Origin: Desulfatiglandales bacterium
GTDB taxonomy: Bacteria; Desulfobacterota; DSM-4660; Desulfatiglandales; HGW-15
Direction: 5' to 3'
NCBI GenBank assembly: GCA_963667015.2
Contig: CAXXJJ010000001.1
Location: forward strand, 1,632,001 to 1,696,000
Length of the DNA stretch: 64,000 nucleotides
This document shows, one piece after another, positions 31,266-41,829 of the stretch (position 1 is the stretch's first letter; each line of letters opens with the position of its first letter). Position numbers and translations under genes: made by a program. Below the pieces are notes generated by a model. It was given only the letters and a program-made list of their open reading frames with translations, was not told the origin of the DNA and made no database searches.

Positions 31266-31451
31266 ATGATTATAGTTGTGCGTACACAAGCAGCATATCG
31301 AGAAAGTTGATGATCTGAAAGTTGTGCATGGCGCAGAATTTCAGATTAACACACCGCCATGAGTTGATGCCTTATTATTTCCGGATTTAATAGAATCAAG
31401 TGTTGAAGTCAGTTAAGCCGCTTATTTGAATATTAAACAGGGAGGGCAGAA

Positions 31452-32216
31452 ATGATCAAATGTGTTTTACTATCCACAGCAGTATTTCTATTCATGATTT
31501 GTCCGGGTACTTCTGCTCAGGTGGATCTTGAGAAGACAGAAAACCGGATGAAGAGTGCAATTCAGATAGAAAGCCAGGCGCAGGAGAAGGTCGAAAACTG
31601 GACTGCAGGCAAAGAGGATCTTGTCTCTGATATTCGGACAATCCAGACCACAAACACGTGGCTGGAATACCAGAATCAGAAATACAGTATCTACATTAAT
31701 AAACTGAACCAGCAAATCGAGCTGTTGAATGTCAAGAAACTCGAGGCGAGAAAGGTAAGGGAAGGGCTTGAACCATACCTGGAAAAAGAGGTTCTTGTCC
31801 GTCTGGAGAACTACATAGCATCGGATCTGCCCTTCTATGAAGAGGTAAGGGCCCAGGGTATAAAAGATATCAAAAATACCTTGAACGACCCTCGCGGCAC
31901 CCTGGCCGAGAAACTGCGGCAGGTACTGAGCGTTCTGGAAATAGAGGCCAATTACGGAAAAGAGGTCGGGATTTCGAATGTTACCCTGCCTGTAGATGGA
32001 AAAGAGACAGAGGTTACCATTCTCCGTTTTGGTCGTGTGGCAATGTTTTATATCTCTCTGGATGGAAAAAAGATCGGCCGGTGGAATGAGCAGGCTAGAG
32101 CCTGGGAACCCCTTCCCAAAAGTTTTGAACGGGAGATCAACAGATCTTTGCAAATGGCAAGGCGTGAGAGAACAAGTGACCTGATTTATATTCCTGTAGG
32201 AGCAATGAAACCATGA
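31452..32216 (+). CDS. DUF3450 / TtpB-like exported coiled-coil protein
   Basis: Signal peptide; DLPF, EKLRQVL..E..YG, LRFGRV motifs. Confidence 0.85.
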   Translation: MIKCVLLSTAVFLFMICPGTSAQVDLEKTENRMKSAIQIESQAQEKVENWTAGKEDLVSDIRTIQTTNTWLEYQNQKYSIYINKLNQQIELLNVKKLEARKVREGLEPYLEKEVLVRLENYIASDLPFYEEVRAQGIKDIKNTLNDPRGTLAEKLRQVLSVLEIEANYGKEVGISNVTLPVDGKETEVTILRFGRVAMFYISLDGKKIGRWNEQARAWEPLPKSFEREINRSLQMARRERTSDLIYIPVGAMKP

Positions 32217-33658
32217 AAACAAAAAAAATCAAGTATCTTATTTTTTGGGGAAGCTTCCTGGTATTGGTTTCTTTGATCCGACCTCTCTTGGCGCAGGAGG
32301 ACTGGGAGAGGGTTGAAAAGGAAATCAGCCAGGAAAAAGGCAGGGCAGAAGAGGACGCGGCTCTCACTGAGCGACTTGTTTCAATGGACCGTTCGCAAAT
32401 GCAGACGGAAGTAAAAAATCTCAAGGAAGAAAACAGGACGCTGGAGAGTAAACATAAGGCACTGGTAAAGCAGTATGAAGATCTGCTTGAATTGCAGTCA
32501 AAGATGGAAGCTGAGCTTATGGAGGAGCAGCAGGATGTTGAGGAGGTCGAGGGAACGCTCCGCTCGGGAGCCAAAGAAGCGGAGAGCATGGTCCGTGATA
32601 ACCCCATAACCTCTGAGAAGCCTGATCGGCTGGGTGTTATTGAGAACCTGAGGGACCCTGATAAAGTTCCGGGTATCGAGGGAATCAGGGCACTGGTTGA
32701 TCTTTACTTTGATGAACTGGAGGCAACACGGGAGATAGCACTTCGCAAGGGTGAATTTGTTGCACCTGACGGGACAAGCACCACAGGCGACATCCTGCGT
32801 GCAGGCATGTTTACGACATATTTCCGCAAGCCGGACGGTGAGGTGGGCTTTCTTAGACCGGAACCTGATGGGGTGCGTCTGATAGGTGTCCCGGGCGACG
32901 TGCCCGGTGCGGCACTTAAAGCAATCGAAAATTATTTCAACGGGAACTCCGATATCCTTCCTGTTGATCCTTCCCGCGGCGGGGCGTTCACATCCTATAC
33001 CAAAAAGACCAGGCAGCTCGATAAGCTGGAAGAAGGCGGTCATATAATGTATGCAATTGCCGCAGTCGCACTTCTTGCCCTGTTGATAATGATTGAACGG
33101 ATATTTGTATTATACAGAACAAAGGCCAATACGGACGATATCACAGAGCGGATTGCAGGGCTGGTCGAGAACAGGGAATGGGAGCAGGCAGGCATTGCCT
33201 GCGCAGAGAACAGCAGGGTTCCAACCTGCCGGATGCTGCAGGGAGCTCTCGGAAATGTGGGTGCCTCCCAGGAAGCCCTGGAAAACAGCCTTCAGGAGGG
33301 AATTTTGAGGGAAACCCCACGCCTTGAGCGATTTCTGCCAACCCTGGGTGTTTTAGCCGCCATAGCTCCTCTGCTTGGTCTTCTGGGAACAGTCACAGGT
33401 ATGATCAATACCTTTAAGGTTATTACAGCCCAGGGGGCAGGTGACGCGAATGCCATGGCCGGCGGTATTTCCGAGGCCCTTCTGACAACCCAGTTCGGTC
33501 TAACAGTTGCCGTTCCCCTGATACTTATTCACCACCTGCTTTCCCGCCGTGTGGATAAGATTGTGGGTGATATGGAAGAGAAGGGCACGGCCTTTGCCGT
33601 GACCATGACCATGAATGGAGGAAACGCTATCCCGAGCGAGGCAGAAAATGTTTCTTGA
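32213..33658 (+). CDS. Large MotA/TolQ/ExbB proton-channel protein (TtpC-like)
   Basis: Periplasmic N-terminal domain plus APLLGLLGTVTGMI..F and GISEALLTT. Confidence 0.9.
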   Translation: MKTKKIKYLIFWGSFLVLVSLIRPLLAQEDWERVEKEISQEKGRAEEDAALTERLVSMDRSQMQTEVKNLKEENRTLESKHKALVKQYEDLLELQSKMEAELMEEQQDVEEVEGTLRSGAKEAESMVRDNPITSEKPDRLGVIENLRDPDKVPGIEGIRALVDLYFDELEATREIALRKGEFVAPDGTSTTGDILRAGMFTTYFRKPDGEVGFLRPEPDGVRLIGVPGDVPGAALKAIENYFNGNSDILPVDPSRGGAFTSYTKKTRQLDKLEEGGHIMYAIAAVALLALLIMIERIFVLYRTKANTDDITERIAGLVENREWEQAGIACAENSRVPTCRMLQGALGNVGASQEALENSLQEGILRETPRLERFLPTLGVLAAIAPLLGLLGTVTGMINTFKVITAQGAGDANAMAGGISEALLTTQFGLTVAVPLILIHHLLSRRVDKIVGDMEEKGTAFAVTMTMNGGNAIPSEAENVS

Positions 33659-34268
33659 TCTATTGGACAGGACTTTTGAGCATTTAGAGACCGGCGGGTT
33701 TGTAATGTATCCGTTGCTGGCGGTCTCCCTTATTATGTTTTTCCTGGTGGTGAAAAAATTCATGGAAATGCACGACTTCACCAGTGGTGACAGGCCCATT
33801 ACAGAGTGTCTGCAGTCTATAGGAAAACCCGGCTTCACGGCGGCTCCATGGCAGAAAGAGATTATCGGACAGTTTCTATTAAAAAGAACTTTTAACGATG
33901 ATCTGGATAAGAGCATCCTGGAGGTCCTGAGAATGCGTCAGGTGAGGTTTGTCATGGGGTCAATAAAATCCATTGCGGTTCTATCCAGCGTGGCGCCGCT
34001 GCTGGGGCTTCTCGGCACCGTGACCGGTATGATCACAACATTCATGGTGATCGCAACATCAGGAACCGGAGATGCAAAGGCACTTGCCTCCGGAATTTCC
34101 GAGGCGCTTATAACGACTCAGACAGGTCTGGTCGTAGCTGTTCCGGGATTATTCCTTGCAAATTTTCTACGCCGACGCTCAACCAATCTTGAAGACCGGA
34201 TACAGCGCTTTTGCCTTGGGCTGCAGAGATCACATCGGGTAATAGAGGATGAAGAAGCAGAAACATAG
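33648..34268 (+). CDS. exbB: MotA/TolQ/ExbB proton-channel protein
   Basis: APLLGLLGTVTGMITTF; GISEALITT. Confidence 0.9.
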   Translation: MFLDLLDRTFEHLETGGFVMYPLLAVSLIMFFLVVKKFMEMHDFTSGDRPITECLQSIGKPGFTAAPWQKEIIGQFLLKRTFNDDLDKSILEVLRMRQVRFVMGSIKSIAVLSSVAPLLGLLGTVTGMITTFMVIATSGTGDAKALASGISEALITTQTGLVVAVPGLFLANFLRRRSTNLEDRIQRFCLGLQRSHRVIEDEEAET

Positions 34269-34317
34269 ATGTCCCCGATTGGGTAAACCTCAATACAGTT
34301 TATATGGGTAGGTAGCT

Positions 34318-34737
34318 ATGAAAAAAATAGTTGAAGGTGGCCGTCGCAGGATGGAGTCGGAACTGGATATGGCTCCTCTAATAGATATGATTTTTATTCT
34401 GCTGATATTTTTTCTGGTTGCTACAAGCTTCACCAGAGAATCAGGAGTTGACCTGAAAAGACCCAAGCAGGCACCGATGCAGCCCGATGCGCGGAAAAAG
34501 ACAAACGTAACCGTGGAAATAGGTCACGATAACAGGGTTTTTATCGATGGCAGGGTATATGATGTCCGCACAGTCCGGGCATATATGGAACAGTTTCTTT
34601 TGGATGTTCCAAAGGGAACAGTGGTAATTGCAACAGATAAGGACAGCGCTATCGGGCGTGTTATTCAGGTAATGGATCAGTGTAAACTTGCCGGTGTAGA
34701 AAACGTCAGTGTAGCTCCACTAATCGAGACAAAATAA
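34318..34737 (+). CDS. exbD: ExbD/TolR family protein
   Basis: MAPLIDMIFILLIFFLV TM helix with the conserved Asp. Confidence 0.92.
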   Translation: MKKIVEGGRRRMESELDMAPLIDMIFILLIFFLVATSFTRESGVDLKRPKQAPMQPDARKKTNVTVEIGHDNRVFIDGRVYDVRTVRAYMEQFLLDVPKGTVVIATDKDSAIGRVIQVMDQCKLAGVENVSVAPLIETK

Positions 34738-34753
34738 ATACAGGTGCATTGCT

Positions 34754-35164
34754 ATGAAAAAAATAGTTAAAAGCAGCCGAAACTCCGAATCAACAGATTT
34801 AAATATGGCCCCGCTGATCGATATGATTTTCATTCTGCTGATATTCTTTCTGGTGGCAGGCAGTTTTGTCAAAAAATCAGGCGTTTTTGTCAGTAAGTCT
34901 ATTGCCGAAACCGCTGAGGAGAAGAATAAGACAAACCTTATTCTGGGTATTACCCGTGATAACAAGATTTATATTGAGGGCAGGGAGGTTGATATCCGCG
35001 ATGTGGAGGGGCAGATGGAACGTTTCCTTCTGGAGAATCCTGACGGTTATGTGGTGATATCTCCGGATAAGGAAAGTCGTGCGGAGATAACCCTTAAGGT
35101 GCAGGACTACTGCCGGGATGCGGGAATAAAGCACCTGAGTATATCCGCTGTAAAACCTGAATAG
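34754..35164 (+). CDS. exbD: ExbD/TolR family protein, second copy
   Basis: MAPLIDMIFILLIFFLV. Confidence 0.92.
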   Translation: MKKIVKSSRNSESTDLNMAPLIDMIFILLIFFLVAGSFVKKSGVFVSKSIAETAEEKNKTNLILGITRDNKIYIEGREVDIRDVEGQMERFLLENPDGYVVISPDKESRAEITLKVQDYCRDAGIKHLSISAVKPE

Positions 35165-35175
35165 AGGTGATCGGA

Positions 35176-35850
35176 ATGGAGACAACTTCATATAATGTCT
35201 GGCGTCCAAAAAACATTGTTATTATTATTTTCTTTACTGTTGTTATTAACTCTGTACTGTTTATGGGGTTGCCGGCATTGACGCGTATGGCGGACAGAGA
35301 ACGGGATATCAGAAAAGAAACCCAGTATATGATAACAACACGCGAAGCGCCCAAGCCCCATGAGACTCAGAACGAAAAGAGATTGAGGCGGAAAGAACTG
35401 AAGCAGATCCCCAAACCTCAGGCTGCCTCTGTTTCACAGCAGAAACTGGATGCACCCAGGTTCGCCTTTGATACGAGTGCAACAGGTGTTGGCGGACTTG
35501 AGGTTTCGGTGGCACCGACCGAGGGCATGAAATTAGATGTGGGAGACCTGACCTTTTCTATCGGTGATGTGGATACTCCACCCAGGGTTATTCGCTCCTA
35601 TCCGGTTAATTATCCCTATGGCGCAATGAGTAAGGGACTGACAGGGCGTGTGTTTGTTAAGATCCGTGTCGGTGTTGACGGCAGGGCAACAGAAATCATG
35701 GCGAAAAGGGCCGAGCCTCCTGAGGTGCTCGACGTTTTCGCGGAAGCAGCTGAAGAAGCGGTAGCAAAATACCGTTTTGAGCCGGCCAGGCTTGGGGGTG
35801 AGGCGGTCCCGGTCTGGGCCCTGCAGCCGATAAGTTTTGATGTGTACTAA
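35176..35850 (+). CDS. tonB: Energy transducer TonB
   Basis: N-terminal TM anchor; C-terminal YP..A...G.V...V..DG...F..AA..AV..YRFEPA. Confidence 0.88.
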   Translation: METTSYNVWRPKNIVIIIFFTVVINSVLFMGLPALTRMADRERDIRKETQYMITTREAPKPHETQNEKRLRRKELKQIPKPQAASVSQQKLDAPRFAFDTSATGVGGLEVSVAPTEGMKLDVGDLTFSIGDVDTPPRVIRSYPVNYPYGAMSKGLTGRVFVKIRVGVDGRATEIMAKRAEPPEVLDVFAEAAEEAVAKYRFEPARLGGEAVPVWALQPISFDVY

Positions 35851-35867
35851 ATAAAACGGGAGATCAT

Positions 35868-37097
35868 ATGTCACAGCTTCTTAAACAGGGATTTGGTATC
35901 GGTTTGATTCTGGCCTTCATACTCCTCTTCATATCTTTTAGTATTGCGGATGAAAAGGAAGAGGAAAAGTTGACAACAAAGGCAAGACTGGCAATATATA
36001 ATGCCCAGGTAGCCATAAGCGAAGAGAAACCGGATGAGGCGCTTGCAATACTTGATAATTTTATTGCCTCACAGCCGCCTGTTGTTCCCCTTCGTATCTA
36101 TGAGCTGATAGCCCACATCTGGATGCAAAAGGAAGATATTGAAAAGGCCCGGAAATACTTCAAGATCATGTATGATACTCAACCCAACGATCCCAAGGTC
36201 CTGAAGAATTATGCGGTATTGACCTACCAGGAAGGACTTTATGCTGAGGCAGCAGCTCTTTTTGAAAAACTTTATGAAATAGAGGAGACGACCGCTCCGG
36301 GAGGATCACTGCCCCAGGCCGCTCAGGCATATATGCTGGCAGAGGATTTTGATAATTCCAGGCGAATCCTTGTGAAGCTTGTGGGATTGCCCGGCAAGCC
36401 TGATCCGAGGTGGTACGAAGTTTTAATCGGTATATGTCTTGAGCGGGAAGAGGATAAGGATGCTGAACGGTACATTCTTGATCTTCTGCATCTGAATCCT
36501 GTCCAGGCAAAATACTGGAAGCAGCTGGCACAGATCCGTATGAAGCGGGAAGAATGGCAGACAGCAACAAGCGACCTGGAGATATCACACAGGGTGGAGT
36601 CGCCCGGAAGGCAAAGCGAGTGGCTGGTTCTTGGAGATCTCTATACCCGGGCAGTCAATGCCCCGCTTATGGGAGCCCGCTGCTACAGGCAGGCATACAG
36701 GGATGACAGTGATGAAAAAGGCTATCTGTCCATCTCCCGTATCTATCAGAAAGCCTACCGTTATGATGAAGCTGTTAAGGCACTGGATGAGGGGATTATT
36801 AAAAATCCGGAAAGTGCTGCACTTCTTCTGGAGAAGGGACGAGTCTTATACGAGGCCCGCCGATACAGGGAGGCTGTTGCAACGCTTGAAGATTGTGTTA
36901 AAATAGATCCTGAATCAGGCGATGCCTATTTTCAAATGGGGCTTGCGGCCTGGACCCTCAGAGAATGGGACTCTGCCCGCACAGCCTTTGTACAGGCCAA
37001 GCGTTTATCCGAGAGATATCATTCTCAGTGTAATTCCGTGATTGCCCTGCTTGATGATCTTAATGAGGAGAGGAAAGAAATCGAAGATGCAAAATAA
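35868..37097 (+). CDS. Exported TPR-repeat protein (TtpD-like)
   Basis: Signal/TM segment then tandem TPR helices. Confidence 0.85.
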   Translation: MSQLLKQGFGIGLILAFILLFISFSIADEKEEEKLTTKARLAIYNAQVAISEEKPDEALAILDNFIASQPPVVPLRIYELIAHIWMQKEDIEKARKYFKIMYDTQPNDPKVLKNYAVLTYQEGLYAEAAALFEKLYEIEETTAPGGSLPQAAQAYMLAEDFDNSRRILVKLVGLPGKPDPRWYEVLIGICLEREEDKDAERYILDLLHLNPVQAKYWKQLAQIRMKREEWQTATSDLEISHRVESPGRQSEWLVLGDLYTRAVNAPLMGARCYRQAYRDDSDEKGYLSISRIYQKAYRYDEAVKALDEGIIKNPESAALLLEKGRVLYEARRYREAVATLEDCVKIDPESGDAYFQMGLAAWTLREWDSARTAFVQAKRLSERYHSQCNSVIALLDDLNEERKEIEDAK

Positions 37098-37155
37098 CTT
37101 AATATAATGCTGAAAATAGAAATTTATGTTATTTTTAAAAAAATGAAATTATTCA

Positions 37156-37200
37156 TTGACATAGGATTACAACCCCAAGTATGATTTCCCTACAATTGTA
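37156..37200 (+). promoter_or_regulatory. Promoter and operator of the blaI-blaR-like pair
   Basis: TTGACA-18 bp-TATGAT; TACAatTGTA at 37191-37200. Confidence 0.75.
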
Positions 37201-37224
37201 ATCCAATTGAAAGGGAGAAAAAAA

Positions 37225-37593
37225 ATGAGTAAAGTGCCAAAGATTTCTGAATCCGAATGGCTGGTCATGAAAGTGATATGGGATGAAAATCCGATCAGTT
37301 CCAACAGGGTTGTTGATATATTATCAGATTCAACCCACTGGAATCCTAAAACTATAAAGACACTGTTAAGCCGGTTGGTAAAAAAAGGGGCTGTCGGGCA
37401 TGAGAGTGAGGGAAGAAGTTATCTCTATTATCCGCTTATAGAAGAGTCCGTTCTTGTAAAGGCGGAAAGCAAATCCTTTTTGACAAGGGTTTTCAGGGGC
37501 GCATTAAAGCCCATGATTGCCACAATGGTTGAAAGTGAAGAGTTATCTGAAGAAGAATTAGAGGAATTAAGGAGTCTCCTTTTGAAGAAATAA
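37225..37593 (+). CDS. BlaI/MecI/CopY-family repressor
   Basis: ISESEWLVMKVIW, W..KTIKTLLSRLVKKG, YLYYP motifs. Confidence 0.93.
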   Translation: MSKVPKISESEWLVMKVIWDENPISSNRVVDILSDSTHWNPKTIKTLLSRLVKKGAVGHESEGRSYLYYPLIEESVLVKAESKSFLTRVFRGALKPMIATMVESEELSEEELEELRSLLLKK

Positions 37594-37603
37594 GGGGGTG
37601 TTA

Positions 37604-39775
37604 ATGGAACCTTTAATATCCAGGCTGTCAACCTTTTTTCCCTGGTTGATCGATTATACGATAGATATAAGCATCCTGATCTGCCTTATATTTATTATCA
37701 GATCTATAGTCTCCAAAAAACTTCCTGCCTGGTGGAACTATAGCCTGTGGATAGTACTCCTTCTCCGTATGGTTATACCCTTTACATTTGATAGCCCTTT
37801 GAAGATTCCAAATGTTGTGCCTATCTCTATCGATGTGAGTCTGTTTGATGCGGTTTTGATTGAAGAAGATATCGTTACACCTGAATTTACACCGGAATTG
37901 TCAACAGCGCCGCAGGGATGGAATATTCAGCTCGATGATGTGCTGCTGTCTTTATGGATAGCATGTGCCATAATTTTGGGCTGTTATATCCTGATTAAAA
38001 ACATCAGATTCCGGAATGCAATTAAAAAAGAACCTCTTTTATCGGAAAAAAGGGTTCTTGACCTGCTTGAAGAATGCAAGAACCGGATGAAAATTAAAAC
38101 TTCTCTGCAGGTTACCGTTACAGGCAGGGTAAAAAGCCCGGCGCTTTTCGGGTATGTCCGGCCAAGGCTTCTGCTGCCTGTTGGTGTCAAAGAAAAACTC
38201 AATGACGCTGAATTATCATATATGTTTATGCATGAACTGGGACATCTGAAACGTCATGATATCGGCGTGTCCTGGCTTATTACATTTATACAGATTTTTC
38301 AATGGTTCAACCCGTTTGTATGGCTGGCCTTCTACCAGATGAGGCTTGACCAGGAATCGGCCTGTGATGCATCGGTTTTATCCAGAATAAATCATGATCA
38401 AACAATAGATTATGCCGGCACTATTGTCGGTTTTCTGGAAAATTTTTGTCGAAATCATAAACTTCCGGCTTTGGTGGGTATCCTCGAGAATCAGTCTCAA
38501 ATAAAAAAGAGGATAACCATGATCGTCAATTACAGAAGAAACTCAAAAATAATGATGTTTTTTTCGACAACCTCACTTATTGCCATAGGATTAATCTTTT
38601 TTTCACTTGCAGGTTTTGCAAAATCAGACCATGAGCGGGCCGGGTTGGAGGCCTCAATCCTGCAGGCCCTTCCTTTTGATGTTCAACAAGAACTTGTAAT
38701 GAAGGGTAATGATCCTGCTCATAAAGAGAAGGCTGTAAAATTTATAGAAAATAATCAAACTGCCTCTGCAGTAACTCAGGAAAAAATTGTTGAGGATAAG
38801 GCAGAGCAGGGGAAATCTGAACCGGAAAGATTAAATACCCTGGTGGTTCAAAACAATAACAATATCCAGGAAAAGGCGGCCATGAGGCTTGCCCGGATTA
38901 GCCAAAAGGCTCCTGATGTTATTCAGGAAAGAGTTGTTAAGGTCAGGGCAGAGCAGGAGAAGCTTAAACCGGAAACTCAAAAGGGTGTTGTTGAAGTCAG
39001 GGATACTAAAACTGAAGATAAGTCGGAAACCGGAAGGCTTGCAGAGATTAGTAAAAAAGATTCTATTGAGAAGTCCCAGGAACGGAATAATAACAGGATA
39101 GAGCAGGGTGAGCAGTACCCGAAAACACAAGAGTTAACAACAGTGGTTCAGAATAAAAATAAAGAGACTGAAGCGCCGAGTTTTTCCGCAGCGCCTCAGA
39201 AGGCATCTGAAATAATTAAGGAAGATAGCAATATCGATCCTGAAACCAAAGGTGTTCTGAACAATCACACATCAACAATACACGAAAGTGAACAGGTAGC
39301 CAGTGTAACGGCATTGCCTGAAAAAAACAGCAATTCGGGTGTAGATAAGAGTATGCAGTATCTGGATTTAGCCAGATCAGTTTATTATATTTCAAAAAGT
39401 CTGGGTTATTCCGGAGTAACTTCTAATACTCCTGAAAATAATCCTGATGAGGATAAAATACATAATTTTAGAGAGGTTGATGAACAGCCGAGGGTTGTCA
39501 GTCGCTTTCCCCCCACCTATCCGTTTAACGCCCGGGCAAAAGGAATTGAAGGGCGGGTTATATTAAGGTTCGTAGTTGACAGGGAAGGGACTGTCCTTGA
39601 TCCCAAAATCGTCAGTTCTGAACCGGAAGGTATTTTTGATGAGGCCGCGCTTGATGCTGTTGTCAAATATAAATTAAAACCGGCCATGAAGGGTAGTAAG
39701 AGTGTTAACAGTATAGTCAAATTAGCGATGAACTTCTCTCTGAATGATAACTATTTAAAGTTCGCGCAAAGATAG
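37604..39775 (+). CDS. BlaR1-type M56 metallopeptidase fused to a C-terminal TonB domain
   Basis: HELGHLKRHD, WFNP, ESACD; repetitive linker; YPFNA...EGRV.LRFVV. Confidence 0.9.
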   Translation: MEPLISRLSTFFPWLIDYTIDISILICLIFIIRSIVSKKLPAWWNYSLWIVLLLRMVIPFTFDSPLKIPNVVPISIDVSLFDAVLIEEDIVTPEFTPELSTAPQGWNIQLDDVLLSLWIACAIILGCYILIKNIRFRNAIKKEPLLSEKRVLDLLEECKNRMKIKTSLQVTVTGRVKSPALFGYVRPRLLLPVGVKEKLNDAELSYMFMHELGHLKRHDIGVSWLITFIQIFQWFNPFVWLAFYQMRLDQESACDASVLSRINHDQTIDYAGTIVGFLENFCRNHKLPALVGILENQSQIKKRITMIVNYRRNSKIMMFFSTTSLIAIGLIFFSLAGFAKSDHERAGLEASILQALPFDVQQELVMKGNDPAHKEKAVKFIENNQTASAVTQEKIVEDKAEQGKSEPERLNTLVVQNNNNIQEKAAMRLARISQKAPDVIQERVVKVRAEQEKLKPETQKGVVEVRDTKTEDKSETGRLAEISKKDSIEKSQERNNNRIEQGEQYPKTQELTTVVQNKNKETEAPSFSAAPQKASEIIKEDSNIDPETKGVLNNHTSTIHESEQVASVTALPEKNSNSGVDKSMQYLDLARSVYYISKSLGYSGVTSNTPENNPDEDKIHNFREVDEQPRVVSRFPPTYPFNARAKGIEGRVILRFVVDREGTVLDPKIVSSEPEGIFDEAALDAVVKYKLKPAMKGSKSVNSIVKLAMNFSLNDNYLKFAQR

Positions 39776-39869
39776 TATTTTTAGCTGCCTGTTTGTCTAG
39801 TCAAAAAAATATATCATTGTACCCACACATTTTTAAAGCCGGAAACCTTTTTTATGCGTTGGAGACCTG

Positions 39870-41618
39870 ATGTCAGAAAAACCAACCTATGAAGAATTAG
39901 AGAAAAGGATTTTAGATTTAGAGGCAGAAATCCTGGAGGTCAGGCAGTCGGAAGAATCGATCCGGGATAGAGAAGCCAGGCTCAGATCGATGGCTAACCA
40001 GGTGCCGGAGATGTTATACCAGTTTGTGATGCACCGGGATGGGACATACTCGGTTCCCTACTTCAATGATCGTGTGTATCAGTTTACCGGGTACAAACCT
40101 GAGGAAATTGTAAAAGATCCATATGTTATGGGTAAAACGCTCCATCCTGATGATGTCGGAATATTGCAGGAAAAAATATCTCAATCGGTAAAAAATCTGA
40201 GTGAAATTTCAGTGGAATACAGGCTCATAGGTCCTGATAATGTGGTTAGATGGTTTAACTCAAAATCGATTCCACATCTGATGGAAAATGGAGATATACA
40301 CTGGGATGGAATATCCGTTGATATCACGGAACGTAAACGGGTTGAAGAGGCACTGCGGGAGAGTAAGTATAAATACCAGGCATTGTTTGAAAAAATGATG
40401 GATGCATGTGCGCTTCATGAGATTATTTGTGATGAAAACGGAAAGCCTTTTAATTATCGATTTCTGGCTGTGAATCCTGCCTTTGAAAAAATAACAGGAC
40501 ATAAGGCCGATGATATCCTGGGTAAAACCATGCTGGATGTAGTGCCTGATGCAGAGCCATCCTTAATTGAAAAATATGGAAAGGTCGCCCTTACCGGTGA
40601 GCCTGTCTCTTTCGAATACTATTCCCGGAGAAAAGGTGACTATATAATTACTGCCTATCAACCGGAAGAAAGACAGTTTGCCTGTATTTTTCAGGATATA
40701 ACTGAGCAAAGAAAGGCCCGTAAAGAGCTTGTGCAGTCCCAGGAATACTTAAAGGCCATAATGAGAAATACCAGCGACTTTATAGTCATCAGAAACAAGG
40801 ACGGTTTTCCTGTACTTTTCAACACATCTGCAGAAAAGATAACAAAAAAGGCCATGGGTATAGATTTAAACTCGGATATAATGCCTCATAAACTTTTATC
40901 CGATAAAAAGGAAGTTGCCTTCTGGGATGATCTGCATGAAAAGGCATTAAATGGCGAAGGATTCAAAATTGAATATTCATACCCTGTCAGTGATGACGAT
41001 CTCAGACATTTTGAGATCTATTTTAATCCGATATTGCAGGAAGGCAAAGTTCAAGGGTTTATCCAAATAGCCCGGGACATAACTGAACGCCGTGAAATGG
41101 AAGAGATCCTTAAAAAATCTCATAATGATCTGGAAAAGCGTGTAAAAGAGCGTACGGATGACCTGAGGAAGGCTAATAAAGCCCTGCAGAAAAAAACAAC
41201 GGATCTGCAGGATGTCAATACTGCGCTCAAGGTCCTTCTTGAAAGGAGAGAGAAGGATAAAGATGATATTGGCCAGAATATATTGCTCAATGTAAAAGAA
41301 CTGCTTCTTCCCTATATCAAAAAATTAAAAAAATGCGCTTTGACTGAAAATCAAAAAAGCTATATGGAGCTTCTGGAGTCAGGGCTGCAGAATATCATAT
41401 CGCCCTTTGCCCAGCAACTGACCTCCAGATATATGCATATTACACCCGGAGAAATGCATGTTGCCAATCTTGTAAAGGAAGGAAAGACTTCCAAGGAGAT
41501 TGCCGATATTCTTAATTCAACGGAAAGAGCTGTGGTCGCTCATAGGGCAAATCTCAGGAAGAAACTTGGCCTTAAGAAAAAATCCAACCTGAGAACCCAC
41601 CTTTTATCGCTTCACTAG
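39870..41618 (+). CDS. Multi-PAS sensor with LuxR-type HTH
   Basis: KPTYEEL start; three PAS/PAC units (DITE); GKTSKEIADIL...HR.NLRKKLG. Confidence 0.9.
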   Translation: MSEKPTYEELEKRILDLEAEILEVRQSEESIRDREARLRSMANQVPEMLYQFVMHRDGTYSVPYFNDRVYQFTGYKPEEIVKDPYVMGKTLHPDDVGILQEKISQSVKNLSEISVEYRLIGPDNVVRWFNSKSIPHLMENGDIHWDGISVDITERKRVEEALRESKYKYQALFEKMMDACALHEIICDENGKPFNYRFLAVNPAFEKITGHKADDILGKTMLDVVPDAEPSLIEKYGKVALTGEPVSFEYYSRRKGDYIITAYQPEERQFACIFQDITEQRKARKELVQSQEYLKAIMRNTSDFIVIRNKDGFPVLFNTSAEKITKKAMGIDLNSDIMPHKLLSDKKEVAFWDDLHEKALNGEGFKIEYSYPVSDDDLRHFEIYFNPILQEGKVQGFIQIARDITERREMEEILKKSHNDLEKRVKERTDDLRKANKALQKKTTDLQDVNTALKVLLERREKDKDDIGQNILLNVKELLLPYIKKLKKCALTENQKSYMELLESGLQNIISPFAQQLTSRYMHITPGEMHVANLVKEGKTSKEIADILNSTERAVVAHRANLRKKLGLKKKSNLRTHLLSLH

Positions 41619-41829
41619 CCGGTCTATTTAGTGCAGTTTTTTACTGCTATAATTCTGTAATTTTTATGATGTATACAAATGTAATTATTTTTATTAAAAT
41701 ATTATCTATGCTCAGTCATCAGATATATTTAGATGGCTTAATAGGAAACTCCAGTGTGGTATCTGCTATCTGTTTTGGTCAAAGGAGTTCTTCTTCTATC
41801 ACACCAACTTGAAAAGGAGGAATGCCATA

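Noticed and set aside
31310..31350. Riboswitch in the TonB-operon leader (ATCTGAAA...TTTCAGAT hairpin)
   Set aside because: One hairpin only; no cobalamin or TPP consensus recognised
37225..39775. Beta-lactam resistance locus
   Set aside because: No beta-lactamase or penicillin-binding sensor domain; the C-terminus is TonB-like
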